DNA of 64,000 bases, taken from positions 61,256,001 through 61,320,000 of the forward strand of contig OX597817.1 of assembly GCA_951406725.2 (NCBI GenBank). The letters run 5' to 3'. Shown one piece after another: positions 27,806 to 41,890 of this stretch. The notes beneath the pieces were generated by a model. It made no database searches, was not told where the DNA came from, and worked only from the letters and a program-made list of their open reading frames with translations. The position numbers and the translations under genes were made by a program. How positions within the stretch are numbered: position 1 is the first letter of the stretch; each line of letters begins with the position of its first letter. The stretch is from Octopus vulgaris (lineage: Eukaryota).

Positions 27806-28644
27806 TTTCACATGCATATCTAAACAGAGATCTATACATGTTTACTACAGCATGCAGAGTTGCTCGGAAATAATTATAAATGTGCGACAAAAGAAGATAT
27901 ACTTTAAAGTAATTCAAACCCGAACGACTCCCTTGTTTGATTGAGTTGGAGCCTCCCGGACAATGTCCGAGTGCAACAGTCAGCATTTTGTCTTTTAGGT
28001 AGTTCATGTTGGAAAACAACAATATTTGAAGAATATTTTTTTTAAAACTTAAATATTACAGATTAACTTTAATTTTATGCGAACTCTATCTTTTGCATGC
28101 AGTTTGTATGTTTAAACTAAGTGCTCTTGTGTCCTTACAACATTTGAGAGTATGGGACATCATAAATGAATAATTTTGTTTGTTAATGTAAAAGTTGACT
28201 AACAAATGGACAGAATGATACCACGGCTCTAAGAATGCTTGCCCCACATAAATTAATACACACACACATGTTTTCAATCTTTAATCAAGAGAGAAACATT
28301 GCTTTTAACCTCTTATCTGTTGAACTGTTGGTGGTAGGTATTCTCAAGCCGAATACCTGGCCCAAATGTTCTCACCTGGATGGAACCCACTAAAGGCTCT
28401 GAAGGTGTCAGGTGGTGTTGTTAAGCAAACGATGTGTTTAGTCTCTCTCTTAGCTAAGACATTGCAGGAAGAGTAACAACCAGAACTAATACCACAAGGT
28501 CTTCTATCCAACGTTGTAACAAAATAAGGCAATTTCGTCCATCTTTCTGCTCCGAGTTCAAATGTCACCGAAGTTGTTGAGTACTGCGATCAATGTAACC
28601 AACTAGCCCCCTCCCCGAAATTGCAGGCCTTGAGCCAAAATTTG

Positions 28645-28708
<64 letters not shown>

Positions 28709-28842
28709 ATGTTTGTTTTATGTTTAGTTATTATAAAAACAATTTTACATTAACTTCAGGGGTTACTCAACTTAAACAAGAACATTGCTGTCGGTGACTT
28801 TGAAGTTTCGGCAGTATGTATATATGTATGTATGTGTGTATA

Positions 28843-28928
<86 letters not shown>

Positions 28929-28991
28929 CAAAGTATGGGGGGTTAATTCACAGGTGGTCTAAACGATTAGGTACGCTAGGTAAGTGCTTTA

Positions 28992-29027
<36 letters not shown>

Positions 29028-29514
29028 TGTAAGACTGAAATTACGATGATGGGAAGTATACCCATTGTCTGTAGTGGAGTTCACTTATTTTTATGGAATC
29101 AGAGGATTCCACTCGTAACTTCTCGTAAAATCGCAGTTATATTCTAACGGGAGGAATACAGATATATGATAATGAGCTTTCTGACTTTTCGGCGCTTTTC
29201 ACTCTACACATATAATTGCGTGTGTGAATATGTTTATAAATCACTTCGTATATCCGTCCAAGTGCTGTGTATGTACGTCTGCATTCGGGTTCTTTCGATT
29301 TCACATTGAACACATACGAATTACACATGCATGTATGCATAATTTACGGTATGTAAATGCATATACAAGCACATTAGTTTTCAAATGCAAGCATCTACCA
29401 ACACCTTATTGTGTAAAGTAATGTTTGAAGATTTACTGCAGAACACACTCACGCACACGCACACATACATGTACGTCCATACACACGAACATCTAACAAA
29501 TCTCACAAGCACAG

Positions 29515-29552
<38 letters not shown>

Positions 29553-30064
29553 GTGTGTGTGTGTGTTTTCAGATTCACGGTGCAGCGTACAGCGATGTAA
29601 TGAAGTTATGTCGTTTGTGCAATTATGTGTAATGCGCTTGGAAGGCGGCCCAACATTTCTCGGTCACTTTCTTCTCATTCACCGCTTTTTATCTTATGTT
29701 TACCGTATTTGATGGCATAAAATACGCGCGGGCATATTAGACTCACCCTAATTTCAGCAGCATATATTCAGGGAAAATAGTTTTTAGTTTATTAAGGCAT
29801 GTAATAGTTAAAGCAAGCCAACAATACTTTACAAAACATTACAAAAGCACCTCGTAGCAGTTAAAATTATTGCATCTAAAAAGTATGTTAGCAGTACAGC
29901 TGAACATAAAGCATGGAATGGCGATAGTGAAAACATCCAACATGTTTATAGTAATAAACCATCCAAGCTTCCACTGCAGTTGAACAGAAACCAAAAGACG
30001 GCGGTAACAATAACTTTATTATAATCGTTATGAAGTTAGATTAATTTTATCCTTTATCTCTTTT

Positions 30065-30465
30065 ATTTGGTTCTGTCATTGGACTACGGCCATGTTGGAA
30101 TACTGCCTTGAAGGGTTTCAGTCAAACAAATCGACCCCAGGACTTATTTTTTAAAGCCTGGTACGTATTCTATCGGTCTCTTTTGCCGAGCCACGAGGTT
30201 ACGGGCACTTAAAGACACCAACGTCGGTTGTCAAGCGGTGGTGGGGGACAAAAGATACATGTACTTACGCGCGCGCGTACACACATAGATACATACACAC
30301 ACACATATATATATATACAGCAGGCTTCTTCCAGTTTCCATCTACCAAATCCACTTACAAGGCTTTGGTCGGACTGAGGCTATAGTAGAAGACGCTTGCC
30401 CCAAGGTGCCGTGCAATGGGACTGAACCCGGAACGATGTGGTTGGGAAGCAAGCTTCTTATCCCA
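30065..30465 (-). mobile_element. SINE family B copy
   Basis: Same blocks as 21080-21545, ending ccaaggtgccgtgcaatgggactgaacccggaacgatgtggttgggaagcaagcttctta. Confidence 0.8.
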
Positions 30466-30629
30466 TAACTGGATTAAAATTAGGCTATCGTGGTCAGAAA
30501 CAAAAGTTAGCTTATGGAGGCTCAGGTTCGAATATAGGACCCGCAGGGATTTTTATTTTTGAGATATTTTGGGAGGGGTGGAGGTAGAGCGTGGGGAGTG
30601 CGGAATTTTATGCCATTAATTATTTCTTG

Positions 30630-31035
30630 TTTCCGTCACTAGACTGCGGCCATGCTGGGGTACAGACTGAAAGGGTTTAATCGAATAAATTTACTCCAGT
30701 ATTTAGTTTTAAGTCCGCTGCTTACTCTTCTATTTACCGACGTAAACAAAGCAACACCGATTGTTAAGCGGTGCTGAGGGTCAGGCACAAATGGCACACA
30801 TTGATACACACGCGCAAACACTTCTCGCGCGCGCCCATGCAAACACACACACACATACATATGTTATATATATATCCGGCGGTCTTCCACGCAGTTTCCG
30901 TCTATTAAATTCACGCATAAGACATCGGTCGGGCCGAGCCTATTGTAAAAAAAACTTGCGTAAGGTGCCACACAGTGAGACTGAACTGGAAACCTAATGG
31001 TTACAAGAGAATTTCTCTACCATACGGCCATGTCT
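30630..31035 (-). mobile_element. SINE family B copy
   Basis: gactgcggccatgctgggg..taaggtgccacacagtgagactgaac. Confidence 0.75.
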
Positions 31036-32233
31036 GTATCTATGGTATTTCTTCCCATGGTTTGGTTTTTTAAACTTGATTTATTTCTCATTGCCATGTC
31101 TTTCTTTCTCTTCGAGAAACACTTCCAAGGCAGAGAATGAGTTGCTAATTCAATATTTCACGCCGCCATATTGAAATACTGTCAGCGATTTGATTAGAAG
31201 TTCTTGGCAGAATTTTTTTAGAATTTGTTTTGAATAAATGGCACGAAACCTTACATTTCTTCTCCATGTATCGTTATGCCATTCATAGTTGCTGGTTGTC
31301 AGTTGGTTATCTTTGGAGCAATTAAGAGAAATAGTCATCATATTTGGAATTTTACCTTCCTTTGTACACACGTCATCAGCAATGTCGACATCGTCGTTGT
31401 TTTCGGCGGTGGTGGTGGTGGTGGCGGTGGTAGTAGTAGTTTTGGTGCTACTGTTGTTGTTGGCGGTGGTGGTGGTTGGTGCTGGTGCTGGTGGTGCTGG
31501 TGATGGCAGTGGCAGAGGGTGACAGTAGCGGCGATGACGGTGGTGGCGGTGGTGATAGTGGTGGTAGTGGTGGCAGACAGATGAGGGTGTTGTGGTGGTT
31601 GCAGTGGCGGTCGTTGCGGTGGTGATGGCGGCGGCGTTAGTTAATGGTGAGAGCGGTAGAGGGGAGAGAGGAATACAATAGAATTACATTCTACGAGGAA
31701 GTAATTTCTTAATAAAGACAAAAGTCAAGAAAACGAAAAGACAATGGCGATTGTAAAGACTTTCACAGAACGACCAGAATCGAGTCCATTTAATAGTATT
31801 GAATTGTGGTAACAAAGGACAAAAACTGAACAGAGTCTTCGTTGTAAATGAAGAGATTGCAGAAATAGTTTTAATCTGGAGAATAAAGTTTCACACGAAA
31901 TGTCAACGATCTCTTTCTGGACGTTGATTTATTCCAACCAAGTTTGTTGTCGTCTCTGTGTTAAGAAGGAGGTGGATTCACTGCTATTTAACATTTGTCG
32001 TTCTGTTCTGTAGCAGATGGCATGTCTTGACAGGCGCCATATTATTCAATCGACCTCGTTCTTCTGTTCAGTTCTATTGCAGTTTATTTTTTTATTTTTT
32101 CTCTGTTTCTCTTTCCCAATTTTACTCGTCAAGTCACGTATAGTTGCGTATGTGCGTACATGTATGCATGTATGTATGCATATGTGTATAAATGGATGGC
32201 TGGATTTATGAATATTTGCACATGTAGATGTTC

Positions 32234-32350
<117 letters not shown>

Positions 32351-32365
32351 ATATATATATGTATG

Positions 32366-32417
<52 letters not shown>

Positions 32418-33044
32418 GTATGTATGTATATTTTGTAAATACGTTTATGTGAAACGTTTTTGCTTGCGCTCATAAAAAGTTCCTATGCTCTTCATTCTGG
32501 CTCCCGTTTATTATTCCCATCATTCCAGAGTAATTTTATGAGATGGTTATTAGTCTGGTGCCGGTATACTGCGGGATAAATACAGTAATAACAAGAGATT
32601 TGGTTGGAAATTCACAAATCATTCAATGCATTGTTACGTACGTTTCCACAGACCACTAATGCAGTTTTCTTCTTGAAGAAACAAGCACATGGATTAATGT
32701 TTTGGATTAAAATCCAAGGATATTGCAAGTCATATTTTAAATATCTTATGGATGGGGAATACACCAACAAAAGCACGTGGCTCGTGGAAACTTATGTAGC
32801 GATGCATTAAAGGATTTCTGAATTTCCATCTAAAAGGATTTGTGTGTTTGTGTGTGTGTATATATATATAGGGAGAATTCACAAACAAAAAACAAGACAA
32901 CACACAGATGTATTAGTTTAACTCTCGGGAAGTGAAAAATTCTTTAACGCTTCGAGCGTACGCTCTTCCACAGAATGGAACACAGAAATATACAGGGAGA
33001 GAAAATAAAGAATGTGTGGTGGATAGTGATTTATAATGGCGAAC

Positions 33045-33081
<37 letters not shown>

Positions 33082-33171
33082 GGAATAATTACTATGAAGT
33101 ATTGTGTAGAATATATTGTATAAAGGATCGTGTGTAAGGTCTAATGATAGTTAGATAGATAGATAGATAGT

Positions 33172-33229
<58 letters not shown>

Positions 33230-33349
33230 CATACATACATACATACATACATACATACATACATACATACATACATACATACATACATACATACATGTTT
33301 ATGTACATACATATGTATAATGTAAATGTTATCTTACATATATATGTAA

Positions 33350-33852
33350 GTATCTCTGTATAAGAAGTCCATAAGAAGAACAAGTCTGGAAACCCAGATT
33401 CCTCCAAGGACTGTTTGGTGCGTCCTGAGGAAACACTTGGAAATGAAACCCTACAAGCTGCAGCTCGTTCAGACCATAACGGCAGACGACATGCGAAAGC
33501 GCAAACATGGGGCTATGTGAAGGCCCTGGTTTATGTACCCCCACCTCTTCCTGCAAACCTAGAGGAACTCGAGCAGAGAACCACTACCGCACTGGAGACT
33601 GTGGAGACATGCTGCAATGTGTTTGGGAGGAGCTGAACGACCGACTTGATGTGTGCCGTGTCTCAGGTGTTGCGCATATCATACATTTGTGAAAACGTTC
33701 ATGGAATCCACATACTTTTGAATTTCTCACTCAAATTTAGAGAAATAAATCTTATGTTGCTCAACATTAATCCTGTTTAGTTTCATTTGCTTTCACTATG
33801 TAGTTTCTGTGATATTTACATCTCAAAGGATATCAAATTTTTTTGAAACACC

Positions 33853-33857
<5 letters not shown>
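33350..33857 (+). mobile_element. Tc1/mariner-superfamily transposase 3' relic with right TIR
   Basis: WGYVKALVYVPPPLPANLEELEQR..LQCVWEELNDRLDVCRVSGVAHIIHL; ends ttttgaaacaccctg-ta. Confidence 0.75.
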
Positions 33858-33921
<64 letters not shown>

Positions 33922-33992
33922 GGAGTAAACACATAAATGTGAAACAAGGTGGAAAGAGAGTACTCAAATACCAGTGGTAGAGTAATATGCTT

Positions 33993-34139
33993 TATTTAAA
34001 GCAGCAGAAAATTCTACAAAACCTGTTACTCTGAGTTTCGCGTTGCCGTTCATCGGACAGTTTAGCAAAAACTGTCCGATGAACGGCAACGCGAAACTCA
34101 GAGTAACAGGTTTTGTAGAATTTCCTGCTGCTTTAAATA
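33993..34139. repeat. Near-perfect hairpin (71-bp arms) within a TA-flanked insert (33920-34146)
   Basis: tatttaaagcagcag..catcggacagttt agcaa aaactgtccgatg..ctgctgctttaaata. Confidence 0.95.
34068..34114 (+). ncRNA. Minimal hammerhead ribozyme, CCGAUGA variant (mirror copy on minus strand ~34018-34063)
   Basis: ctgt-CCGATGA-a-CG-GCAA-CG-c-GAAAC-TCAGA-GTA-acag. Stem I ctgt/acag, GNRA-capped stem II, stem III ACTC/GAGT. Confidence 0.7.
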
Positions 34140-34159
34140 TAAATGTATATATATATATA

Positions 34160-34232
<73 letters not shown>

Positions 34233-34747
34233 AGAGAAAGAGAGAGAGAGGGGAGAGAGATAGGATGGTGAGAGAAAGAAAGACAGACAAATATAAGAGC
34301 AGACAGGCAAACAGAGAGGTAGAGTGATTATATGTGTATGTTTATATATATGTATATAACGATATGTACATGTGTCTATGAATGTGTGTGTGCCTATGTC
34401 TTTGCACACACGCGTGTACAACCTTTTACAATTGTAGATAGACAAACAATATCTACCTTTATTCCATCCAGAATAATGACGCCATCAAAGTGACGATGTT
34501 GTTGACATTTAATTGTATAACAATTGTAAATCTTTATTCAGTTTGTCGTAACAGAAGGAGCAGATTCAATAAAGGTCCCATGTAAATTGCTGACGTTGAG
34601 AAAGGTCATCTCCAACACAACTTAATCGTTTTATTGAGTAATTTAAGATTTGTTGTCTTAGCGACCGACATTATCAGAATTCATAGAAATGACTTGTGTT
34701 CTCACGCGCACGTTAGAAATCTATCTATCTATCTCTATACAGCTTCC

Positions 34748-34967
34748 ATCTCTTGTTTCAGTCATCAGACTGCGGCCATACTGGAGCACACCCTTGAAGA
34801 ATTTTTAGTCAAAGTGTCAAACCGTGTACCTAATTTTTTAAAATCCTGGTACTTGTTCTATCGGCTTTAACTGCCGAACCGCTAAGTTACAGGGACGCAA
34901 ACAAATTAACACCGGTTATACTATGGCGGTGGGGGCAGATATTGAAACAAATGCACACCCTCACACG

Positions 34968-35041
<74 letters not shown>

Positions 35042-35145
35042 AACGCACTTACAAACAGTTTCCATCAACCAAATTCGCTGAAAAGGCATTTGTCGGCCCG
35101 GAGCTATAGTAAAAGATACTTGCCCGCAGTGGGACTGAACCCGAA
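34748..35145 (-). mobile_element. SINE family B copy
   Basis: tttcagtcatcagactgcggccatactgg..gaaccgctaagttac..gcagtgggactgaacccg. Confidence 0.75.
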
Positions 35146-35398
35146 ACAATATCTGTGTGTCAATACCTGCGTAATAACATAATCATGTTTACGCATACAC
35201 ACACATACCTCCATATGTAAACAGGCACACACACTTACAGACGCTCCTTTCCTTCCTGATGGACATACATCGAGTCTTGGACGTTTATAATTCTGGCCGG
35301 ACCATGCTGCGCCAGGTTCGAATATAACCGTTTCCAACTAGTGAAAAAGTGTTTGTGTAACGTGAATGTGTGTGTGTGCGTGTGTGTGTGTGTGTGTG

Positions 35399-35455
<57 letters not shown>

Positions 35456-35532
35456 GGTGTGTGAGTGTCCATACATTTGTATGTATTTATGTGCATTAGT
35501 ATATGTGTCTGTGCGTACGTATGCGTGAGAGT

Positions 35533-35565
<33 letters not shown>

Positions 35566-35872
35566 CGACAGAGAGGAATAGAGAAGGAGCCTGTAGGCCA
35601 GTCCTGGAGGACTACATGCTCTCTTCGCAGAGTTTCCCAGACTGACTCCCACTGATTAGACAGGTATTCATTCTCACTCATGGCAGCATCGACTTAATTA
35701 GCATGTTTTGCTTCCTTTAAATACCTAAACATGTGGTTTTATGGAGGTGCTTAATTAGAAATATATGTCATATCTAAACTACTGGCTAAATCAATTAATA
35801 TGTTTGACCTTAATTGCACACACTAGCACACGCTGCGCATACGCACACGTGTGCATCCCTCGTATGTATATA

Positions 35873-35913
<41 letters not shown>

Positions 35914-36546
35914 AGGTTTGTACATATGTATGTATGTTTGTACATGTGTGTTTGCGTATATTTATATATGTATGTATACGTATGTGTGTGTGTGTAAGTT
36001 TCTACATATGAATGCATGCTCGTTTGTACATGTGTGCGTACGTATATATATATATATATATACGCATACACACATGTGCAAACGTACATACATACATATG
36101 TACAAACCTACGCACACACATATACATACGAGAGGTGCACACGTATGAGTATTTATATATATCTATATTTATATATGAGTGTGTGTGTGTATGTGTATAT
36201 ATATATATATATATATAGATGTACATACATAAATGTATACATTATATATATGCATATATATAGTCACACGCACACACACACACACACGAACACCGAACGA
36301 CGGTGAAATATAGGTAAACATAGAGAATTTTCTTGAATTACTTAGCCCGAAGATATAAACGGAAATCCAGGGAAATACTTCCAATATTATTATATTCTGC
36401 TCGAAGCCACCAGTTTTATTGAATAGACTTGCTCACACCTTACTGGTCCTTAAGCAACTTAATTTAAATCTTTTTTAATTATCCGTACGCCACTTTCTTC
36501 TTTCTTTGGTTGAGAACTTAGCCATGGGGCTTCAACTTTTTGACAC

Positions 36547-36619
<73 letters not shown>

Positions 36620-36661
36620 TACATATATATATATGTATATATATGTATATATATATGTATA

Positions 36662-36755
<94 letters not shown>

Positions 36756-36764
36756 CATATATAT

Positions 36765-36880
<116 letters not shown>

Positions 36881-37254
36881 AAATAGATATGCAGTTACCC
36901 ACAGTTTAGCTAACTTGTACTTCTGCCAAGCACAAGAACAACTTGGTGCCCAGCATGTGTTAATTATTTCTTCATATATAGATATAATATAATTTCATAA
37001 AATGGTACACTCAGTCCTTGTTCTGCCTCTATTGGAAAGAGTGAACTGGTGTAGTAATAATATGTGTTATCAGGTATACGAAATGTAACGGTGGTTTCTG
37101 TGTGAAAAGAGAATCGTTAAGAGGAAATTATTGCAGGCGGTAAAAGACGATAAATTGGGGGATCCGTTCAGAAGTTGGACAGAGAAAAATCCATGCTATA
37201 AGTCTCATCTTCGTTCTAGTCGCCTTCATTCTCAATTCAAATACATGCATAAGC

Positions 37255-37285
<31 letters not shown>

Positions 37286-37326
37286 AAGTGAAAAAGTAAA
37301 TCGTAAAGAAAGCGGGGAGGATCCAC

Positions 37327-37410
37327 ATGGCTAAAATAAGCCCAATGAGGAACTGGTTGAAACGTTGGAATAAACCTGATGAGGAATGGAAGAGCCTTAA
37401 CTCTTCTGTG
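37327..37410 (+). CDS. Candidate first coding exon (28 codons), unknown gene
   Basis: cacATGG start context; open frame MAKISPMRNWLKRWNKPDEEWKSLNSSV ending at a strong donor GTG|GTAAGT; non-repetitive. Confidence 0.25.
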
Positions 37411-37679
37411 GTAAGTGTTTATTGGAATGACATGTGGTGCCAATTGATGGTGAAGGATAAAGAAATGAAGATTAGTGAGAGAGAGAAAGAGAGAGTGATC
37501 GAGACATAGATATAAGGAAAGAACGAAAGGAACGAACGAATGAATGAACGAGCGAACGAACAAACGAGATGTGTAAAACGTCTTACAAGACACAAAGTGA
37601 TGTTCTCTACGAAAACATTTCTGCAGCAGCGTGCTTATGTAAAACTGTTAATGTCTTATGCATGTGTTGGGAACAAATA

Positions 37680-37880
37680 TTATTACCTCTGCCTCAGCGA
37701 AGGCGCAGGTATTGTTTTTCAGCTGTGTTTGTTTGTTGTTGGTTTGTTTGTCTGTGGATAAGATATCTCAAGGACCGCTCTGTGGATTCAGATGAAACTT
37801 TCAGGTATGTTTGGCCTCGTATCTGGCACGAAATGAGTAGATTTTGGGATCGATTCAACACCGGACAAGGATTCCCAACA
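37680..37880 (+). mobile_element. Helentron/HINE (DINE-1-like) non-autonomous element fragment
   Basis: 5' hairpin tattacctctgcctcagcgaaggcgcaggtatt, (gttt)n/gtct microsatellite, then gatatctcaag..ggattcagatgaaactttcagg. Confidence 0.5.
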
Positions 37881-38089
37881 CATGGCGTATGACTCAGCAT
37901 ACGATCCGGCGTATGGCCCGGTGTATGGGCCGGCATATGACACGGCGTATGACATGACGTATGACTCGACGGTACTGCTTCCTATGGTGCCAGCAAAGGT
38001 AGACTTAGGATATGGAGAAGAAATCTTCAATGTTACTTCAAAACTATCCAGTGTATTACAACATTAGAAAATTAGAAATATTTCATTCA

Positions 38090-38235
38090 AGCGCAGGCGT
38101 GATTGTGTGGTAAGAAGTTTGATTCCCACCCACATGGTTCCGGGTTCAGTCTCACTGCGTGATACCCCCAGGAAGTGCCTTCCACTGTAGACCCGAATCA
38201 ACCAACTCTTGAATTGATTTGGTCGACAGAAACTG
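38090..38235 (+). mobile_element. SINE family B 5' (tRNA-like) head
   Basis: gcgcaggcgtgattgtgtggtaagaag..ggttccgggttcagtctc (A and B boxes). Confidence 0.75.
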
Positions 38236-38317
38236 AAAAAAAGCCCCCACCCACCCATATATATATATTTATAATGTATATTTATATTTACATATACTTA
38301 TATACATATATATACAC

Positions 38318-38379
<62 letters not shown>

Positions 38380-38419
38380 CTCTTTTTTTAATCATTTAAA
38401 TTCTTCCTCTAAAGACGAA

Positions 38420-39130
38420 GCTTAAATGTAGATAACGAAAACAATGTCACATTTTATACCTGGAAAAAGTCTTGAATAGTTTTACCGTTCCGCTTAGAGA
38501 CTGATAATGAGCGAATTAGTTAGTTGATTTCTTTTTATGAAAATCCAAGCTCATCCAGAGTGCTCCATCATTATTATTGGTATAAATGTATATTTGTAAT
38601 CGGGATATAGAAGCTGGAGGTTTCGACGCAGTTCTTCATGGCTATCCTCTTTCTCTTTGATTTTCAAAGAGATATTCCCATCAGCAAGACAGCTGACCTC
38701 TCTGATGGTAGATACTTCTTCTTGTCCCTCCCAAACAGCAATATCCGGCCTGTTATACTTAAACTTGACTGATGTTTTGATGGGAATGTTCCACCAGGAT
38801 TCCTTGTGCTGTTGTTTGTGCGTATATTCAATAACTGGAAGATTCTCAGTATTTATTCCAGGAGTCTTTTTTCCGAATAGCATTGTATATTGTTTATACG
38901 ACAATGTCGTATCGCATTGGGAGGTGGTACCTTGATGACATGTTTAGGCAGCTGCCAATAACATGTGTGATGTCTTCCACCGAAATATGATATAATCTCG
39001 ATTTCCGGTTGCATTTTTGAACTCTGATGGCATCATAGTCTCATGTTGTTTAGGTATTTAGTCGCACTTTCTTGTTCTTGGATTGCAAATGCCTAAACTT
39101 CGAACTGGGATGCGATGTAGCGGTCACAAG
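38420..39130 (-). mobile_element. Restriction-like-endonuclease LINE (R4/Dong-type) 3' fragment
   Basis: EDITHVIGSC (CCHC remnant) then WWNIPIKT..YNRPDIAVW..IREVSC..KEKE..Y..IPII (PD-D/ExK domain). Confidence 0.8.
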
Positions 39131-39617
39131 TCGTGTGCATTTTTGTATTTGTGTTTGTCCCTCACCACAGTTTCACAACCGGTGTTGGTTTGTTTACATC
39201 CCTGTAACTTAGCAGTTCGGCCTAAGAGGCTTATAGGATGAGCACTATGCTTTAAAAAGCAGGACTACGCTCCAGTGACAGAAACATGGAAAAGATTAAA
39301 ATAAAAAATTTACAACGAAAATGAGTTCTGTTTCATCATAACTATTATTATCAAAATTGAGATATATCATAAATGTAAGATTTATGTAAGATTAGCGCCA
39401 ATCGCTTTAATTCCTTCGTGTTTTCACAAATATAAATTCTCGTTAAAATTCTAGCTTGGAAATTTTTCTATTATCTACAAATGTTTTTTATATATATGTT
39501 TATTTAGTGTATGCTTGTACACACACACACACACACACATTCACACATGTATATATGTATGTAAGCAGGTACAATATTTATGTAAGTATATATGTATCTA
39601 TCTCTATATATATAGTG

Positions 39618-39685
<68 letters not shown>

Positions 39686-39716
39686 GCATGCATGCATACA
39701 TATATAAATATGTATG

Positions 39717-39776
<60 letters not shown>

Positions 39777-40242
39777 TGCATGTATGTGTGTGAGTGCGTG
39801 TGTGTTCTATGAATATAAGAGTTGTGGTTTTTATAATTTTTGTTGGCGTATATCATTATCAATTACTGAGTATCTATATTATCATGGGGATTTCTTTTTT
39901 TCAATCTCTCTCTTTTCTCAATGTATCTCTTTAAGTTCCTGTTCTTAGATAATTCTCCCAGATTTTTTAAAAGAGATATATTTTGGTCCACTGGGATTGA
40001 GATATATATCAGTAAAAACATCGTAGTCTGCTACTCCGTGACAATGATATCAAAGCCTTTGGCTCTTATCTCATTATGTACACAGTATGAGTATGTATGT
40101 CACATAATAACACTGACTTATTTTCAAACACAATTTGAATCTTAGTTTTATTTCCAGCGCCACTTTCGTGCATCCACTGCAATATTTTGTTTTAACCGAT
40201 GCTGACAAGATCAGCTTATGTTTTCATGCTAATTTACTATGA

Positions 40243-40623
40243 AGAGGCGCAATGGCCCAGTGGTTAGGGCAGCGGATTCGCGGTCGTAGGATCGCGGTTT
40301 CGATTCCCAGACCGGGCGTTGTGAGTGTTTATTGAGCGAAAACACCTAAAGCTCCACGAGGCTCCGGCAGGGGATGGTGGTGATCCCTGCTGTACTCTTT
40401 CACCACAACTTTCTCTCACTCTTACTTCCTGTTTCTGTTGTACCTGTATTTCAAAGGACCGGCCTTGTCACTCTCTGTGTCACGCTGAATATCCCCGAGA
40501 ACTACATTAAGGGTGCACGTGTCTGTGGAGTGCTCAGCCACTTACACGTTAATTTCACGAGCAGCCTGTTCCGTTGATCGGATCAACCGGAACCCTCGTC
40601 GTCGTAACCGACGGAGTGCTTCC
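40243..40623 (+). mobile_element. Young tRNA-derived SINE (family C head, different tail) with TSD
   Basis: gaggcgcaatggcccagtggttagggcagcgg..ggtttcgattccc; TSD actatga at 40236-40242 and 40624-40630. Confidence 0.9.
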
Positions 40624-40859
40624 ACTATGAGGTAACAAATGTTTCTGAAGTAATTTCAAGGTTTCTCTCTCTTGTGGTACATGGTATTGATGATGGTCAA
40701 GAAACTAGAAATGTATTCACCGTTCTGCCGAGAGGAGGTACCTTGAAATGACTGTTGGTCTCTTTCGAAACCCATTGTCTAAAGCAAGAAAGGTTCTTCA
40801 TGGCAAATTAGCAGTAAATACGGCATTTGTACAGCTCCAGTATGTCCCAAACATATTTG

Positions 40860-41782
40860 AACTAAACTAAATGTTTGTTTCTCCATGAAACCACTTTTAG
40901 GCGTTCACTGCAGTGTTAATGAGGTGATTGCTTTAAATGTCAATCAAACTAAATTCAAAACTCTGAATTTCACTTTTGTTGAATAAGGAAGTCACGGCCG
41001 AGGTAGCTCTACAACCATTCTTAAGAGCATACCGTGTGACACCAAATCCAAATACACCAGCAGGTATGTCACCAGTGGAGCTGATGTTTGTGAGGAAAAT
41101 AAAATCAGTCTTCAACAACTACTACCAGACAAGAAAAGGGAAATTGCAAGGTAAAATACAGCAAGACTTTTCAAAATTGATGAAAAGGTATTTGTGAGGG
41201 CATATAAGAACGGAAAACAGAGTTGGGAAGATGGCGTGATTACGAAACACACAAGGAAAATGCTAAAATTGGTAAAAAGTAGAAAAGGCATATACAAGTG
41301 ACACATGAACTGATAAAAAGATTCGTTGAAGGCGAACCCAAGAGAATGGAAAAACCAATGGAATGGTTACATATTTTTCAAGTACCAATACCACTATAGG
41401 TGATTGAACACAGGCTCACAAGCGTAAGATAAAGAAAATGTACGAAGTTCCTTGAAGTGGATGCCAAGCGGAAAAAATATTAGATTTGTAACTCATAAAA
41501 AACTAAAAAATGGGAGGTGGGTGATATAAAAAGTATTCCTATTAAAAGCAATAAAATGACACTACCTAAGAAAAAAAAAGAAAACCTTAAAAGGGGAGAT
41601 GTTGTGGGGATAATAGTAATAATGGTACGCTGCTCCTACGCGACGAGTGGTATGTGCTAGTCGCTATAAATAAGGTGGCGTCGGTCAGTTTAAACAAAGA
41701 GGACGAAGTAGACGATCATAGATAGTCGCGGTTTTACTTGCCTTACTAATTATACTGCTATACCAGAGTGGGCGTTATAACA
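40860..41782 (+). mobile_element. Gypsy LTR retrotransposon 3' end: integrase C-terminus, PPT and 3' LTR
   Basis: ALQPFLRAYRVTPNPNTPAGMSPVELMFVRKIKSVF; PPT aaaaggggaga directly before TGTTGT (41600); LTR ends ATAACA (41782). Confidence 0.8.
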
Positions 41783-41807
41783 ATCGGCCATTAAGGATTA
41801 CAACAAT

Positions 41808-41890
<83 letters not shown>

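Noticed and set aside
28760-28813. Possible 54-nt exon (cag|GGG..GCA|gtatgt; [18 protein letters not shown])
   Set aside because: The donor coincides with the start of a (TATG)n microsatellite and no homology is recognised.
37355-37400. GAAACGTT..CTGATGA in the candidate exon
   Set aside because: Wrong order and no supporting stems; likely chance.
37884-37970. CRISPR-like array
   Set aside because: Contiguous 12-bp units without spacers in eukaryotic DNA.
40243-40320. tRNA gene
   Set aside because: It continues into a SINE body with TSDs, so it is a SINE head; the same applies to 24020-24090.
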